The translations under genes and the position numbers were made by a program. Shown piece by piece: positions 26,494-36,438 of a DNA stretch of 64,000 bases. Position 1 is the stretch's first letter; the number at the start of each line of letters is the position of its first letter. Source of the stretch: an uncultured Ruminococcus sp. GTDB taxonomy: Bacteria; Bacillota; Clostridia; Oscillospirales; CAG-272. A model generated the notes under the pieces. It saw only the letters and a list, made by a program, of their open reading frames with translations, did no database searches and was not told where the DNA came from. The stretch covers positions 14,386 to 78,385 of the forward strand of contig CAZUUA010000006.1 in assembly GCA_964623635.1 (NCBI GenBank), read 5' to 3'.

Positions 26494-28231
26494 TATTCCA
26501 CAAATTTGCGTAAAATCCACCTTTTTCCAGCAGCGCATCATGGGTGCCGGTCTCCACTACGGTGCCGTCCCGCATGACCAAGATCAGGTCTGCTTCCTTG
26601 ATGGTGGACAGTCGGTGGGCTACGATGAAGCTGGTGCGACCCTTCATCATGTTGCCAAAGGCTTCCTGAATCTTCATTTCGGTACGGGTGTCAATGGAGG
26701 ACGTGGCTTCGTCCAGGATCAGCATCGGTGGTACCGCTACCATCACACGGGCAATGCTGATGAGCTGCCGTTGTCCCTGAGAAAGCCCACCTTTGTCCTC
26801 ACCAATGACGGTGTTATAGCCTTCCGGCAGCCGCTTGATGAAGCTGTGCGCATGGGCAGCCTTGGCAGCTGCGATGATCTCCTCGTCGGTCACATCCCGA
26901 CCCATGGCGATATTGTCCCGTACCGTGCCGTTCAGCAGCCAAGTGTCCTGCAGCACCATACCAATATTTTCCCGAAGCGAATGTCTTGTGGCGTGATAGA
27001 TGGACGTGCTGTCCATGGAAATGTCACCGGCATTCACATCGTAGAACCGCATGAGCAGATTGATCAGCGTGGTCTTGCCGCAGCCGGTGGGTCCCACGAT
27101 GGCCACACGCATACCGGGACGAATGTGCAGATCCAGGTGTCGGATCAGGGGCTTTTCCGGCACGTAGGAAAAGGAGATATCCTCCATGGCTACCTCGCCA
27201 CGCACGTTCTGCAGCACCACCGCATCGGTGTCGTCAGCCGTTTCGCTGGGCTGCTCGATCAGCTCAAACACACGGGCAGCACAGGTCAGGGCATTTTGCA
27301 GCTCCGTCACCACACCGGAGATCTCGTTAAAGGGCTTGGTATATTGGTTGGCGTAGCTCAGAAAGCTGGTGAGTCCACCCACCGTCATGCCACCGGAAAG
27401 CACCGTCAGAGCACCGGTCAGACACACCGCCGCATACACCATGTTGTTCACAAAACGAGTGGACGGATTGGTGATGGAGGAGAAGAACGTGGCACGCAGC
27501 GCATATTTTTCCAGCCGTCCATTGATCTCGTCGAACTGTGCCACCATGGCATCCTCACGACCAAAGGCCATGGTGACCTTCTGCCCACCAACAGCTTCGT
27601 TGATAAAGGCTGTCTGTTCTCCACGGGTCTCCGATTGGAGCCGGAACATCTCATGGGTGCGCTTGGCGATGAAGCTGGCCACAAACAGAGACAGCGGCGT
27701 CAGGAGCACCACCACCAGTGTGATCAGCGGATGGATGGTCAGCATGAAGACGAGGGTACCCACAATGGTCACCACACCGGTGAACAGGTTGGAGAAGCCC
27801 ATGAGCAGCCCATCCCCGAAGGCATCCGCATCGGCGATCACCCGGCTGACGATCTCTCCATGGGAGTGGCTGTCGATATAGGAAAGAGGCAGGGTGCTGA
27901 TCTTGGTGAACGCTTCGGCCCGAATGTCTCGGATCACCTGGAAGGTAATGCGGTTGTGGAAGGTGGTCATGCACCATTGGGACAGTGCGATCACCAGCGT
28001 ACAAACGGCGATCTGTATAAGCAGTGCCACGATGGCATCCATGTCCACCTGCCCCACGCCGATGGCACAGTCAATGGCACGACCCACCAGAATGGGGATA
28101 TACAGAGACAGTACCGCCGAAACGAAGGCAAACAGCAGCGACAGTCCCAGCAGTACCCGATACCGGCGAATGTAGTGCAACACCTGCCGAATGGTATTTG
28201 TATCCAACTTCTTTTTGTTCTGTTTAGCCAT
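26477..28231 (-). CDS. ABC exporter half (TMD-NBD), consensus Walker B, non-consensus signature
   Basis: The start is taken at ATG 28231 (MAKQNKKKLD...) after GGAGGTG. Six TM helices then an NBD. Walker A GPTGCGKTT, signature LSQGQRQL (degenerate), Walker B MLILDEATSSID. Confidence 0.85.
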   Translation of the reverse strand: MAKQNKKKLDTNTIRQVLHYIRRYRVLLGLSLLFAFVSAVLSLYIPILVGRAIDCAIGVGQVDMDAIVALLIQIAVCTLVIALSQWCMTTFHNRITFQVIRDIRAEAFTKISTLPLSYIDSHSHGEIVSRVIADADAFGDGLLMGFSNLFTGVVTIVGTLVFMLTIHPLITLVVVLLTPLSLFVASFIAKRTHEMFRLQSETRGEQTAFINEAVGGQKVTMAFGREDAMVAQFDEINGRLEKYALRATFFSSITNPSTRFVNNMVYAAVCLTGALTVLSGGMTVGGLTSFLSYANQYTKPFNEISGVVTELQNALTCAARVFELIEQPSETADDTDAVVLQNVRGEVAMEDISFSYVPEKPLIRHLDLHIRPGMRVAIVGPTGCGKTTLINLLMRFYDVNAGDISMDSTSIYHATRHSLRENIGMVLQDTWLLNGTVRDNIAMGRDVTDEEIIAAAKAAHAHSFIKRLPEGYNTVIGEDKGGLSQGQRQLISIARVMVAVPPMLILDEATSSIDTRTEMKIQEAFGNMMKGRTSFIVAHRLSTIKEADLILVMRDGTVVETGTHDALLEKGGFYANLWNSQFAH

Positions 28232-29963
28232 TGTTGTCACCTCCTGCACGCTTGGCGCCGACCTGAGTTTCGTGGATCTCCCGATAGATCTCGCAGGTGG
28301 CAAGCAGCTCCTCATGGGTCCCCTTGCCTACCAGCACACCGTCGTCCAGTACGAAGATCTGGTCGGCATGGAGCAGGGAAGAGGTGCGCTGGGATACGAT
28401 GAATACCGTAGGATGATAGGGGATCTCCCGGAGCGAACGACGTAGTGCCGCATCGGTGGCCAGGTCCAGCGCAGACGCAGAGTCGTCCAGGATCAAAATC
28501 TCCGGCTTCCGTACCAGCGCACGGGCAATGGTCAGCCGCTGCCGTTGTCCCCCGGAGAGGTTGCGGCCTTCCTGCTCGATCATGTGATCCAGTCCCTTGG
28601 CAGCCACGATCTCCCCAGCCTGCGCCAGTGCAGCCGCTTCGACCAGCTCGTCATCGGTAGCATCCGGGTTGCCCCAGCGCAGGTTGTCCCGGATCGTACC
28701 GTGGAACAGCAGTGCCTTTTGGGGGACCACGCCGATCCTTCCCCGCAGTGTATCACAGGGATAGTCGTTCACGTTCACGCCATTCACCAGCACCGTGCCT
28801 TCTGTGGCATCGTAGAACCGGGGGATCAGGTTCACAAGGGAGGTCTTCCCGGAGCCTGTCCCACCGATGATCCCCACTGTTGAACCCTTGGGCACCGTGA
28901 AATCGATATCGGTCAGCGAATTATCCCCGGCGCCGCCATACCGCAACGACACGTGCCGGAAGGTCACCGCATCGCTGTCTGCAGCCGTACCGGTGACAGA
29001 GGCAGGAAAGTCCTGACCGGCAGGGGTGTTCAGCACATCGGCGATCCGCTTGGCACAGGCAGCAGCCTTGGTCAGGTTCAGGATCATGTTTGCCATCTTC
29101 ACCAGCTCCACCAAGATCTGGGACATATAGTTGTACAGCGCCACCAGAGCCCCTTGGGTCAGGATCCCAGCTTCTACCCGAATGGCGCCGGTGTACAGTA
29201 GCACGATGACTGCCGCATTGATGAGCACATAGGTGATGGGATTCATCAGTGCGGAGATCTTGCCGGTGAAGTGCTGCATAGCGGTCAGAGCTTCGTTGTG
29301 TTCGTGGAAGCTTTCGCCAACGGCCTCTTCCATCCGGAAAGCACGGATGAACCGGGACCCGGTCAGGCTCTCACGGGTGTTGCCCAGCACCTTATCCAGT
29401 CCGGCCTGCACCTTTTTGTACAGCGGCATGGAGATGAGCATGATGCCAAACACCACCACACAGAGCAGCGGAATGGTCACCGCAAAGATCAGAGCCGAAC
29501 GCACATCGATGGTGAAGGCCATGATCATGGCACCGAACACCACGAACGGCGAGCGCAGCAGCAGTCGCAGAGTCAGGTTCACACCGGCCTGTACCTGGTT
29601 CACGTCACTGGTCAGCCGGGTGATCAGTGTCGAGGTACCCACGTGATCCAGCGTGCCGTAGGAAAAGGTCTGGATGTGGGCAAACAGTGCATGGCGGATC
29701 CGGGACGCAAAGCCCACCGCCGCCTTGGCCGAGAAGAACTGTGCCGTGATGGAGCAGACCATACCGACAAGCCCCAGCAGTACCAGTATGCCGCAGTACT
29801 TCCAAATGGCAGAGGGTTCGCCATTTTCGGCCAGTCCCGTATCGATGACGGCAGCCACCACCAACGGCACCAGCAGCTCAAAGGATGCTTCCAGCAGCTT
29901 GAACAGCGGACCAAGGATGCTTTCCTTCACATAAGGTTTCAGGTATTGCAGTAGTTTTTTCAA
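28224..29963 (-). CDS. ABC exporter half (TMD-NBD), Walker B Glu replaced by Asp
   Basis: A TTG start at 29963 (LKKLLQYLKPY...) lies 8 nt after GGAGG; no in-frame ATG is better placed. Walker A GGTGSGKTS, signature LSGGQRQR, Walker B ILILDDSASALD. It overlaps the partner gene by 8 nt, which fits a heterodimer with one degenerate ATP site. Confidence 0.8.
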   Translation of the reverse strand: MKKLLQYLKPYVKESILGPLFKLLEASFELLVPLVVAAVIDTGLAENGEPSAIWKYCGILVLLGLVGMVCSITAQFFSAKAAVGFASRIRHALFAHIQTFSYGTLDHVGTSTLITRLTSDVNQVQAGVNLTLRLLLRSPFVVFGAMIMAFTIDVRSALIFAVTIPLLCVVVFGIMLISMPLYKKVQAGLDKVLGNTRESLTGSRFIRAFRMEEAVGESFHEHNEALTAMQHFTGKISALMNPITYVLINAAVIVLLYTGAIRVEAGILTQGALVALYNYMSQILVELVKMANMILNLTKAAACAKRIADVLNTPAGQDFPASVTGTAADSDAVTFRHVSLRYGGAGDNSLTDIDFTVPKGSTVGIIGGTGSGKTSLVNLIPRFYDATEGTVLVNGVNVNDYPCDTLRGRIGVVPQKALLFHGTIRDNLRWGNPDATDDELVEAAALAQAGEIVAAKGLDHMIEQEGRNLSGGQRQRLTIARALVRKPEILILDDSASALDLATDAALRRSLREIPYHPTVFIVSQRTSSLLHADQIFVLDDGVLVGKGTHEELLATCEIYREIHETQVGAKRAGGDNNG

Positions 29964-30139
29964 GAGAGACCTCCAGTCAGGTTCATGGTCGTGTCGCCAC
30001 ACATCTATGCAAAGACGGAGAGAACGATGCAGTGAACCCGTAAAAATTGCAAAGTTACCTACAGTATAACATAAATAGAAGGGAAAAGCAATAGGCAAAT
30101 TATATAGAAAATACCGTTTGGGCGCAATTTTCCCTCTCT

Positions 30140-30168
30140 GCATAAGTGGTGGAGATTTGGCCATACTA
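30140..30168 (+). promoter_or_regulatory. Forespore sigmaG/sigmaF-type promoter candidate
   Basis: GCATA, a 17-nt spacer, then CATACTA, located 35 nt upstream of the GerA/SpoVAF-like start. This matches the Bacillus sigmaG consensus (GHATR-N17/18-CAHWHTA). Confidence 0.45.
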
Positions 30169-30202
30169 TAAGCAAACGACCGGCGAAAGAGAGGGATGAC
30201 CT

Positions 30203-31630
30203 GTGAAAGGCTTGGAAGGACGGCTTGCAGGCAGCTATGTAGCCGATGTGGCAAGGATCGATGTGGCACTGCGTGTGGGAGAGAGCTTTGATCTGATCCG
30301 ACGGGAGCTGCAGATCGCCGACAGACAAATGGTACTATATACTATCGATGGCTTCATCAAGGCAGAATCCATGCAGAAGCTGCTGACGCACGTGACGTCC
30401 CTGACCGATTTTGGCGATGGTTCCCCGGAGGCTGCCGAGAATTTTGCCAAGGCGAACGTACCGACCATTGAGGTGGAGTGTACCGGTGTGGTGGATACCA
30501 TCGTGCAAGCGGTGCTCTCCGGCTGTACGGCGTGGCTGTGTGAGGGCTTTGGAGATCAGGCACTGCTCATCGATATGCGTACCTATCCCGCCCGCAGTGC
30601 CGAGGAACCGGAAAACGACAAGGTCATGCGCGGCAGCCGGGACGGATTTGTGGAGACGCTGCTGTTCAACACCGCCATGCTGCGTCGCCGGATCCGGGAC
30701 CCCAGGCTGACTGTGCGGTATGTGAACGTTGGCAGTGTATCTCACACCGATGTGGCACTGTGCTATATGGCAGACCGGGCCGACATGGACTATGTGGAAG
30801 CATTGGTGAAAAGGTTAGAGAGTCTGCCCACCGATTCCTTGGTGCTGGGTCACCAAAGCGTGACGGAGTCCCTGTTGCAGCGGAAATGGTACAATCCGTT
30901 TCCAAAGGTGCGCTGTACCGAACGACCCGATGCGGCAGCGGCCATGGTGCTGGAAGGCAGCGTGATCCTGCTCTGCGACAACAGTCCGGAGGCCATGATC
31001 TTTCCCACGTCCTTATTCGATTTTCTGCAGGAGACCGATGATTTTTATTTTCCACCGCTGACCGGCACCTATCTGCGGCTGCTGCGGCACGGCATTTTCT
31101 GGCTGACCATGCTGCTGACCCCACTTTGGTACCTGCTGCTGCAGCAAGGGGAAGCGCTGCCCATTTGGCTACGGTTCGTGATTCCCCAAGACCCCGGCGC
31201 ACTGCCTATTCTGCTGCAGCTGTTTCTCACGGAGTTTGCGCTGGACGGCTTAAAGCTGGCGTCCCTGAACACACCGGACGTGCTTGCCAATTCGCTGTCT
31301 GTGGTAGGCGGTCTGCTGCTTGGAGATTTTGCTGTGACCGTGGGCTGGCTGTGTCCGGATGTGATCCTGTATATGGCCTTTGTCGCCATTGCCAATTTTA
31401 CCCAGTCCAGCTATGAGCTTGGCTATGCCTTCAAATACCTGCGGATGCTGACCTTGGCACTGACGGCACTGTTTGGCATCTGGGGCTTTTTTGGTGGGAT
31501 CGTCATTGCGATAGTGCTGGCCGCAACCAATCGTACCGCAGACGGCAGGCGCTCGTATCTGTATCCATTATTTCCTTGGAACGGCAAGGCGATGGCAAGA
31601 CTTGTGTTCCGGCTGCCGAAGAAACGGTGA
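30203..31630 (+). CDS. GerA-family spore germination protein, orphan (SpoVAF-like)
   Basis: GTG start 6 nt after GAGGGA. 475 aa. A soluble N-terminal half (LIRRELQIADRQMVLYTIDGFIK...) is followed by a C-terminal 4-5 TM region, typical of GerAA/SpoVAF. No gerB- or gerC-type genes are adjacent. Confidence 0.7.
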   Translation: MKGLEGRLAGSYVADVARIDVALRVGESFDLIRRELQIADRQMVLYTIDGFIKAESMQKLLTHVTSLTDFGDGSPEAAENFAKANVPTIEVECTGVVDTIVQAVLSGCTAWLCEGFGDQALLIDMRTYPARSAEEPENDKVMRGSRDGFVETLLFNTAMLRRRIRDPRLTVRYVNVGSVSHTDVALCYMADRADMDYVEALVKRLESLPTDSLVLGHQSVTESLLQRKWYNPFPKVRCTERPDAAAAMVLEGSVILLCDNSPEAMIFPTSLFDFLQETDDFYFPPLTGTYLRLLRHGIFWLTMLLTPLWYLLLQQGEALPIWLRFVIPQDPGALPILLQLFLTEFALDGLKLASLNTPDVLANSLSVVGGLLLGDFAVTVGWLCPDVILYMAFVAIANFTQSSYELGYAFKYLRMLTLALTALFGIWGFFGGIVIAIVLAATNRTADGRRSYLYPLFPWNGKAMARLVFRLPKKR

Positions 31631-31762
31631 AATGTACAACCTGCCGAAAAAAACGGCGGAATTTACAACTCGTTCAAAAAAATGCACATTTTATTAACAA
31701 ACGGCAAAGGAAAACGTGCTATACTGTACTTTACACCATAGACGAAAGGAAGTAAAAATTGT

Positions 31763-33226
31763 ATGAAACGTACCTTTGCCCTTCTGCTGGCAGCACTCCT
31801 TCTTGCCAGTGCTACAGCCTGCGGCAGTGAGACCGCCGAGACCACCAAAAGCGAGACCGATACCACCGTTCAAGCCAGCGAAACCGAAGTATCCGGCTAT
31901 GTGGCACCGGCATTGGATCTGGCCGGAGATGAGCTGCATATTCTAAATTTTGATTATTTGTGGAATATGTACATCTACATCGACCATGAAGAGCAGACAG
32001 GGGACTCTCTGAACGATAAGATATACGACCGAAACCGCTCTGTGGAAGAACAGTTTAACTGCAAACTGTTAGAAGACGAGGTGCCGTATACCGGCTGGTC
32101 CACCGGCTTTGTGGAATTGGCAGATACCCTGATCAACGACGTGATCGCCGGTACGGAGACCTACGATGCGGCCTATATGTGTGTATCCCAGCGTACAGAA
32201 CTGATCACTAAGAATTACCTGCTGGATCTGGCGGAAATCGATTCCCTGCAGCTGGATGGCAGCTGGTGGCACAACAAGCTCAACGACACCCTGCAGATCG
32301 GCGGCAAGCAGTACATCGCCAGCGGTGCCCTGAACCTGATGCCCTACGATGCTATGACCTCCATTTTCTTCAATAAGGATATGCACACGCAATACGGCCT
32401 GGACGACTACTATACCTTGGTGCGGGAAGGCAAGTGGACACTGGATAAGCTGATCGAGGATTGCCTGGCAGTAGCAGCGCCCAACTCCGATGGCAAATGG
32501 GACTTCAAGGAAGGTGGCGACGGTGTGTACGGGATCGCTCTCCATACTGACTTCCCGGCGCATTTTCTGTACGCCAGCGGTATCCAGTACGTGACGGAGG
32601 AAAACGGCAAATATGGGCTGCATATCGAATCCGACCGGATGTATGCTGCCGCAGAACGGATCTCCGACCTGTTTGATAAAACGGCCGGTGTGGCTGTGGG
32701 TCAATCGGGTACAAGTGGTGCGGATTTCTATGAAACCATCTTTGGCAACGGTCGTTCGTTGTTCCTAATGGACGAGCTGAAGGGTGGTATCTCTCTCCGG
32801 GATTCTGATGTGGACTTTGGCCTGCTGCCGGCACCGAAATACACGGAAGATCAGGAAAGCTACATCACCGACCTGACCCAGCGCACCATGTTCTTCTGTA
32901 TGCCGGTATCCAACACCCACGCCGAAGAGACCGGTGTTGTGATCGATGCGCTGACCTACGAGAGCCAGCAGAAGGTGGTACCGGAATTCTTTGACGGCTA
33001 TATTGCACATAAGGGTCTACGGGACGAGGATTCCTATGAAATGGCACAGATCATGGAGAGCACCATGTGTATGGATGTAGGCGTGGTGTATAACTGGTGC
33101 ATGGATCTGATAAACAGCATGAACCAGAACATCAGAAGCCGTTCTCCTCTTGCTTCTCTGATCCAGTCCAACAAAGAAGCCATCAACACCACCATTGAAG
33201 AATTTATCGATACCTACATGAAATGA
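31763..33226 (+). CDS. Extracellular solute-binding lipoprotein (large ABC-type SBP), orphan; paralogue of 7455..8945
   Basis: MKRTFALLLAALLLASATACGSE with lipobox ATAC. Its length and several blocks are shared with the first SBP. No adjacent permease or ATPase. Confidence 0.7.
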   Translation: MKRTFALLLAALLLASATACGSETAETTKSETDTTVQASETEVSGYVAPALDLAGDELHILNFDYLWNMYIYIDHEEQTGDSLNDKIYDRNRSVEEQFNCKLLEDEVPYTGWSTGFVELADTLINDVIAGTETYDAAYMCVSQRTELITKNYLLDLAEIDSLQLDGSWWHNKLNDTLQIGGKQYIASGALNLMPYDAMTSIFFNKDMHTQYGLDDYYTLVREGKWTLDKLIEDCLAVAAPNSDGKWDFKEGGDGVYGIALHTDFPAHFLYASGIQYVTEENGKYGLHIESDRMYAAAERISDLFDKTAGVAVGQSGTSGADFYETIFGNGRSLFLMDELKGGISLRDSDVDFGLLPAPKYTEDQESYITDLTQRTMFFCMPVSNTHAEETGVVIDALTYESQQKVVPEFFDGYIAHKGLRDEDSYEMAQIMESTMCMDVGVVYNWCMDLINSMNQNIRSRSPLASLIQSNKEAINTTIEEFIDTYMK

Positions 33227-33232
33227 CAGAAA

Positions 33233-33276
33233 AGATCGGGTACACGTGACAAATCGTACCCGATCTCTCTTTTTTG
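33233..33276 (+). terminator. Intrinsic terminator
   Basis: Perfect 11-bp stem AGATCGGGTAC/GTACCCGATCT followed by CTCT-T5. Confidence 0.75.
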
Positions 33277-33408
33277 CAGAAAATTCTCGAAAAATCCAAA
33301 AAATTCTTGCCTGTGCTCTTGATTTTTTCGGGGATTTGTATTAGAATAATAGGGTACAATATCAATACCATGTTCATGGCTCGAAGTAGAGCCAGGAAAG
33401 GAATCAAT

Positions 33409-34509
33409 ATGGCACAGAAGTTTAGAAAGATCGGTGTACTGACCTCCGGCGGTGACGCGCCCGGTATGAATGCGGCAGTACGTGCCGTGACCCGTGCAGC
33501 ACTGGCACAGGGCGTAGAGGTAATGGGTATCGTAGGCGGCTACAGAGGTATGATCCACGACGAGATGATCAACCTGACTTCCCGTGAGGTTTCCAATAAG
33601 ATCATGCTGTCTGGTACGTTTTTGTACTCCGACCGCTGCCTGGAATTCAAGGAAGAAGCCGGTATGCAGAAGGCCATCGAGACCCTGAAGAAGCACGAGA
33701 TCGACGGTGTGATCGCCATCGGTGGTGACGGTACCTTCCGTGGTGCTACCGACCTGTCTGCCAGAGGCGTGCCCACCATCGGCGTTCCCGGTACCATCGA
33801 CAACGACATCACCGCTACCGACAACACCATCGGCTTCGACACCGCTATGCAGACCGTTGTGGAAAACGTAGACCGTCTTCGTGACACCTGCGAATCCCAC
33901 GCTCGCTGCAACATCGTAGAAGTCATGGGTAGAGGCGCCGGGGACATCACCCTGAACACCGCCATTGCTACCGGTGCGGTAGACTGCGTGATCCCGGAAT
34001 GCCCCTTTGACGAAGACGCTTGCGTGGAAAAGATCATCCGTCTGCGCAGAGCCGGCAAGAGAAGCTTCCTGATCATCGTATCTGAAGCCTTCCCGGAGCT
34101 GGGCGAAGCACTGAAGAAGCGCATCGACAGCACCACCAAGGCTCTGGCAGAGGCAGAAGGCAACGACAGACTGTGGGTAGAGACCAAGTTCTGCCGTATG
34201 GCCCACATCGTTCGTGGCGGTACTCCCACCTTGGGCGACAGACTGCTGGCTACTAAGATGGGTTCCTATGCGGTTGACCTGCTGCTGGATGGCAAGAGCG
34301 ACCTGATCGTTATCGAAAAGAACGGTGAGATCACCTCTGCCGACATCCGTTACACCCAGGTTCTGGACCGTATGTACAAGGGCACCCTGAAGGACGGTAT
34401 GCTGGACAACTATAGTGCCGACCAGATCGCCGCTATGGAAGCCGAGATCGCCATCAAGAAGGAACAGTTCAAGAAGACCTACGCTATGTTCGAAATGCTG
34501 TCTGAATAA
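33409..34509 (+). CDS. pfkA: ATP-dependent 6-phosphofructokinase
   Basis: The start is taken at ATG 33409 (MAQKFRKIGVLTSGGDAPGMNAA). Contains GGDGT, PGTIDND and MGR motifs. 366 aa. Confidence 0.9.
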   Translation: MAQKFRKIGVLTSGGDAPGMNAAVRAVTRAALAQGVEVMGIVGGYRGMIHDEMINLTSREVSNKIMLSGTFLYSDRCLEFKEEAGMQKAIETLKKHEIDGVIAIGGDGTFRGATDLSARGVPTIGVPGTIDNDITATDNTIGFDTAMQTVVENVDRLRDTCESHARCNIVEVMGRGAGDITLNTAIATGAVDCVIPECPFDEDACVEKIIRLRRAGKRSFLIIVSEAFPELGEALKKRIDSTTKALAEAEGNDRLWVETKFCRMAHIVRGGTPTLGDRLLATKMGSYAVDLLLDGKSDLIVIEKNGEITSADIRYTQVLDRMYKGTLKDGMLDNYSADQIAAMEAEIAIKKEQFKKTYAMFEMLSE

Positions 34510-34523
34510 GATCGCATATATAC

Positions 34524-34556
34524 AAAAAGGCAGACCCACGTGGCCTGTCTTTTTTT
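34524..34556 (+). terminator. Intrinsic terminator after pfkA
   Basis: GGCAG-A-CC/GG-C-CTGTC hairpin with an ACGT apex, flanked by A5 and T7. Confidence 0.7.
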
Positions 34557-34669
34557 GTGCAGCTTTGTCAAATTTACGATTTTGTCAAAATTTATTTTCC
34601 TATCCCCTCTTCTACCTACATATCGTTTCTGCTATAATGAAAGTACTACAGAATAAAAGAGGTGATCTC

Positions 34670-35224
34670 ATGCATATTTGTGTTTATGGTGCAGCCAGCG
34701 AAGCCATCGATAAGCGGTATTTAGAGGGCGCTACGGAACTGGGACGGCGTATCGCCATGGCAGGGCATACTCTGGTATATGGTGCTGGTGCGACCGGTAT
34801 CATGGGTGCTTGCGCCAGTGGCTGCTACGAAGCAGGCGGCAAGATCGTCGGCATCGTTCCTTCCTTTTTTGAAGAGCCGAGCTTTCGAAAACCGGATACG
34901 AAGAAAACAGGTGTGGAAAAAACCGGCGTCTTGTTCCCCCACTGCACCGAATTGATCTTCACCGAAACCATGCGAGAACGGAAGCAGCTACTGGAAGACC
35001 GCAGCGACGTGTACATCGTAGCCCCCGGCGGCATCGGTACCATGGACGAATTCTTCGAGATCCTGACTCTGCGCACCTTAGGACAACACCCTAAGCCGGT
35101 GATCCTGTGGAACCTGCATGGTTGCTGGGACGACCTGATCCGGCTGCTGGACAATTTTGTGGCAAACGGTTTTATGAGTCGGGAAAATCGGGACATCGTG
35201 CAGGTCGTGGAAAATCTTTGGTAA
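34670..35224 (+). CDS. LOG-family (TIGR00730) nucleotide 5'-monophosphate nucleosidase
   Basis: The start is taken at ATG 34670 (MHICVYGAAS...) after AGAGGTG. PGGIGTMDEFFE matches the PGGxGTxxE LOG motif. 184 aa. Confidence 0.85.
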   Translation: MHICVYGAASEAIDKRYLEGATELGRRIAMAGHTLVYGAGATGIMGACASGCYEAGGKIVGIVPSFFEEPSFRKPDTKKTGVEKTGVLFPHCTELIFTETMRERKQLLEDRSDVYIVAPGGIGTMDEFFEILTLRTLGQHPKPVILWNLHGCWDDLIRLLDNFVANGFMSRENRDIVQVVENLW

Positions 35225-35231
35225 ACGATAG

Positions 35232-35275
35232 AAAAAATGGGTACAAGTCACACGTGTGGCCTGTACCTATTTTTA
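35232..35275. terminator. Bidirectional terminator between LOG and wecB
   Basis: GGGTACAAG.../...CCTGTACC hairpin with a CACACGTGTG palindromic apex, flanked by A6 and T5. Confidence 0.6.
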
Positions 35276-35278
35276 TGT

Positions 35279-36370
35279 TTACTTCTCCAATATATCTGCG
35301 ATCCGCTTGCACGCCAGTCCGTCTCCGTAGGGATTGGACGCCGTCGCCATTTTTTCATACGCCGCAGGATCGTCCAGCAGCTCGGTGAAATGGTCGTAGA
35401 TCACCTGCTCATCGGTGCCCACCAGCTTCAGCGTACCGGCGGCGATCCCTTCCGGTCGTTCCGTGGTGTCTCGCATGACCAGCACCGGCTTGCCCAGAGA
35501 GGGTGCTTCTTCCTGGATCCCACCGGAGTCGGTCAGGATCATGTACGACCGTGCCAAGAAGTTGTGGAAGTCCAGCACCTCCAGCGGTTCGATGATCCGT
35601 ACCCGGTCGCAGTCCCCCAGCTCCATGGCTGCCGCTTCTCTGACCACCGGATTCATGTGGATGGGATAGATGGCCTTCACGTCCGGATGCTCGTCCATGA
35701 CCCGGCGAATGGCACGGAACATATGGTGCATAGGCTCGCCCAAATTTTCTCTTCGGTGCGCCGTGATCAAGATCAGTCGGGAATCCGCTGCCCAGTCCAG
35801 CTCCGGATGGCTGTAGTCCTGCCGAACTGTGGTGTGCAGGGCATCGATGGCGGTGTTCCCGGTCACATAGATGGTATCGGGATCTTTGCCTTCCTTGACC
35901 AAATGCTCTCGTGCCAGCGCCGTAGGTGCAAAGTTGTACTGGGAAATGATGGACACAGCCTGCCGGTTGAATTCTTCCGGATAGGGGCTGTACAGGTTGT
36001 AGGTGCGCAGTCCGGCCTCCACGTGTCCCACCGGGATCTGCAGATAGAAGCAGGCCAGTGCCGTTACAAATGTAGTGGACGTGTCTCCATGCACCAGCAC
36101 CACATCGGGCTTTTCGGTTTCCAATACCTCTTTGATCCGGTTTAGGATGTTGGTGGTGATGTCGAACAGTGTCTGCTTATCCTTCATGATGGACAGGTCA
36201 TAGTCCGGTACGACCCCGAATGCCTCCAATACCTGATCCAGCATTTGCCGGTGCTGCCCGGTGACGCATACCACCGTTTGCAGACCCGCTCTCTTTTTGC
36301 ATTCGTTGACCAGCGGACACATCTTGATGGCTTCCGGCCGTGTGCCGAATACCAGCATAACTTTTTTCAT
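35279..36370 (-). CDS. wecB: UDP-N-acetylglucosamine 2-epimerase (non-hydrolysing)
   Basis: MKKVMLVFGTRPEAIKMCPLV..., with HVEAGLRT and DSGGIQEEAPSLGKPVLVMR motifs. 363 aa. Confidence 0.9.
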   Translation of the reverse strand: MKKVMLVFGTRPEAIKMCPLVNECKKRAGLQTVVCVTGQHRQMLDQVLEAFGVVPDYDLSIMKDKQTLFDITTNILNRIKEVLETEKPDVVLVHGDTSTTFVTALACFYLQIPVGHVEAGLRTYNLYSPYPEEFNRQAVSIISQYNFAPTALAREHLVKEGKDPDTIYVTGNTAIDALHTTVRQDYSHPELDWAADSRLILITAHRRENLGEPMHHMFRAIRRVMDEHPDVKAIYPIHMNPVVREAAAMELGDCDRVRIIEPLEVLDFHNFLARSYMILTDSGGIQEEAPSLGKPVLVMRDTTERPEGIAAGTLKLVGTDEQVIYDHFTELLDDPAAYEKMATASNPYGDGLACKRIADILEK

Positions 36371-36409
36371 ATTGATTTCTCCCTATGATAGAATGGATGC
36401 ATTGACTTT

Positions 36410-36438
36410 AGTATACCATTTTCTTTCCCATGGGTCAA
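36410..36438 (-). promoter_or_regulatory. sigmaA-type promoter of wecB
   Basis: On the minus strand: TTGACC, a 17-nt spacer, then TATACT. Confidence 0.5.

Noticed and set aside
26348-28402. 684-aa plus-strand ORF, and similar long ORFs (39318..40925, 20183..21736, 15176..16399, 33214..34539, 19335..20606, 55184..56278, 57420..58493, 61301..62437)
   Set aside because: Each is antisense to, or frame-shifted over, a gene with clear family motifs. Their translations are Arg/Gly/His/Gln-rich low-complexity sequence without motifs or an RBS. Long spurious ORFs are expected in GC-rich DNA.
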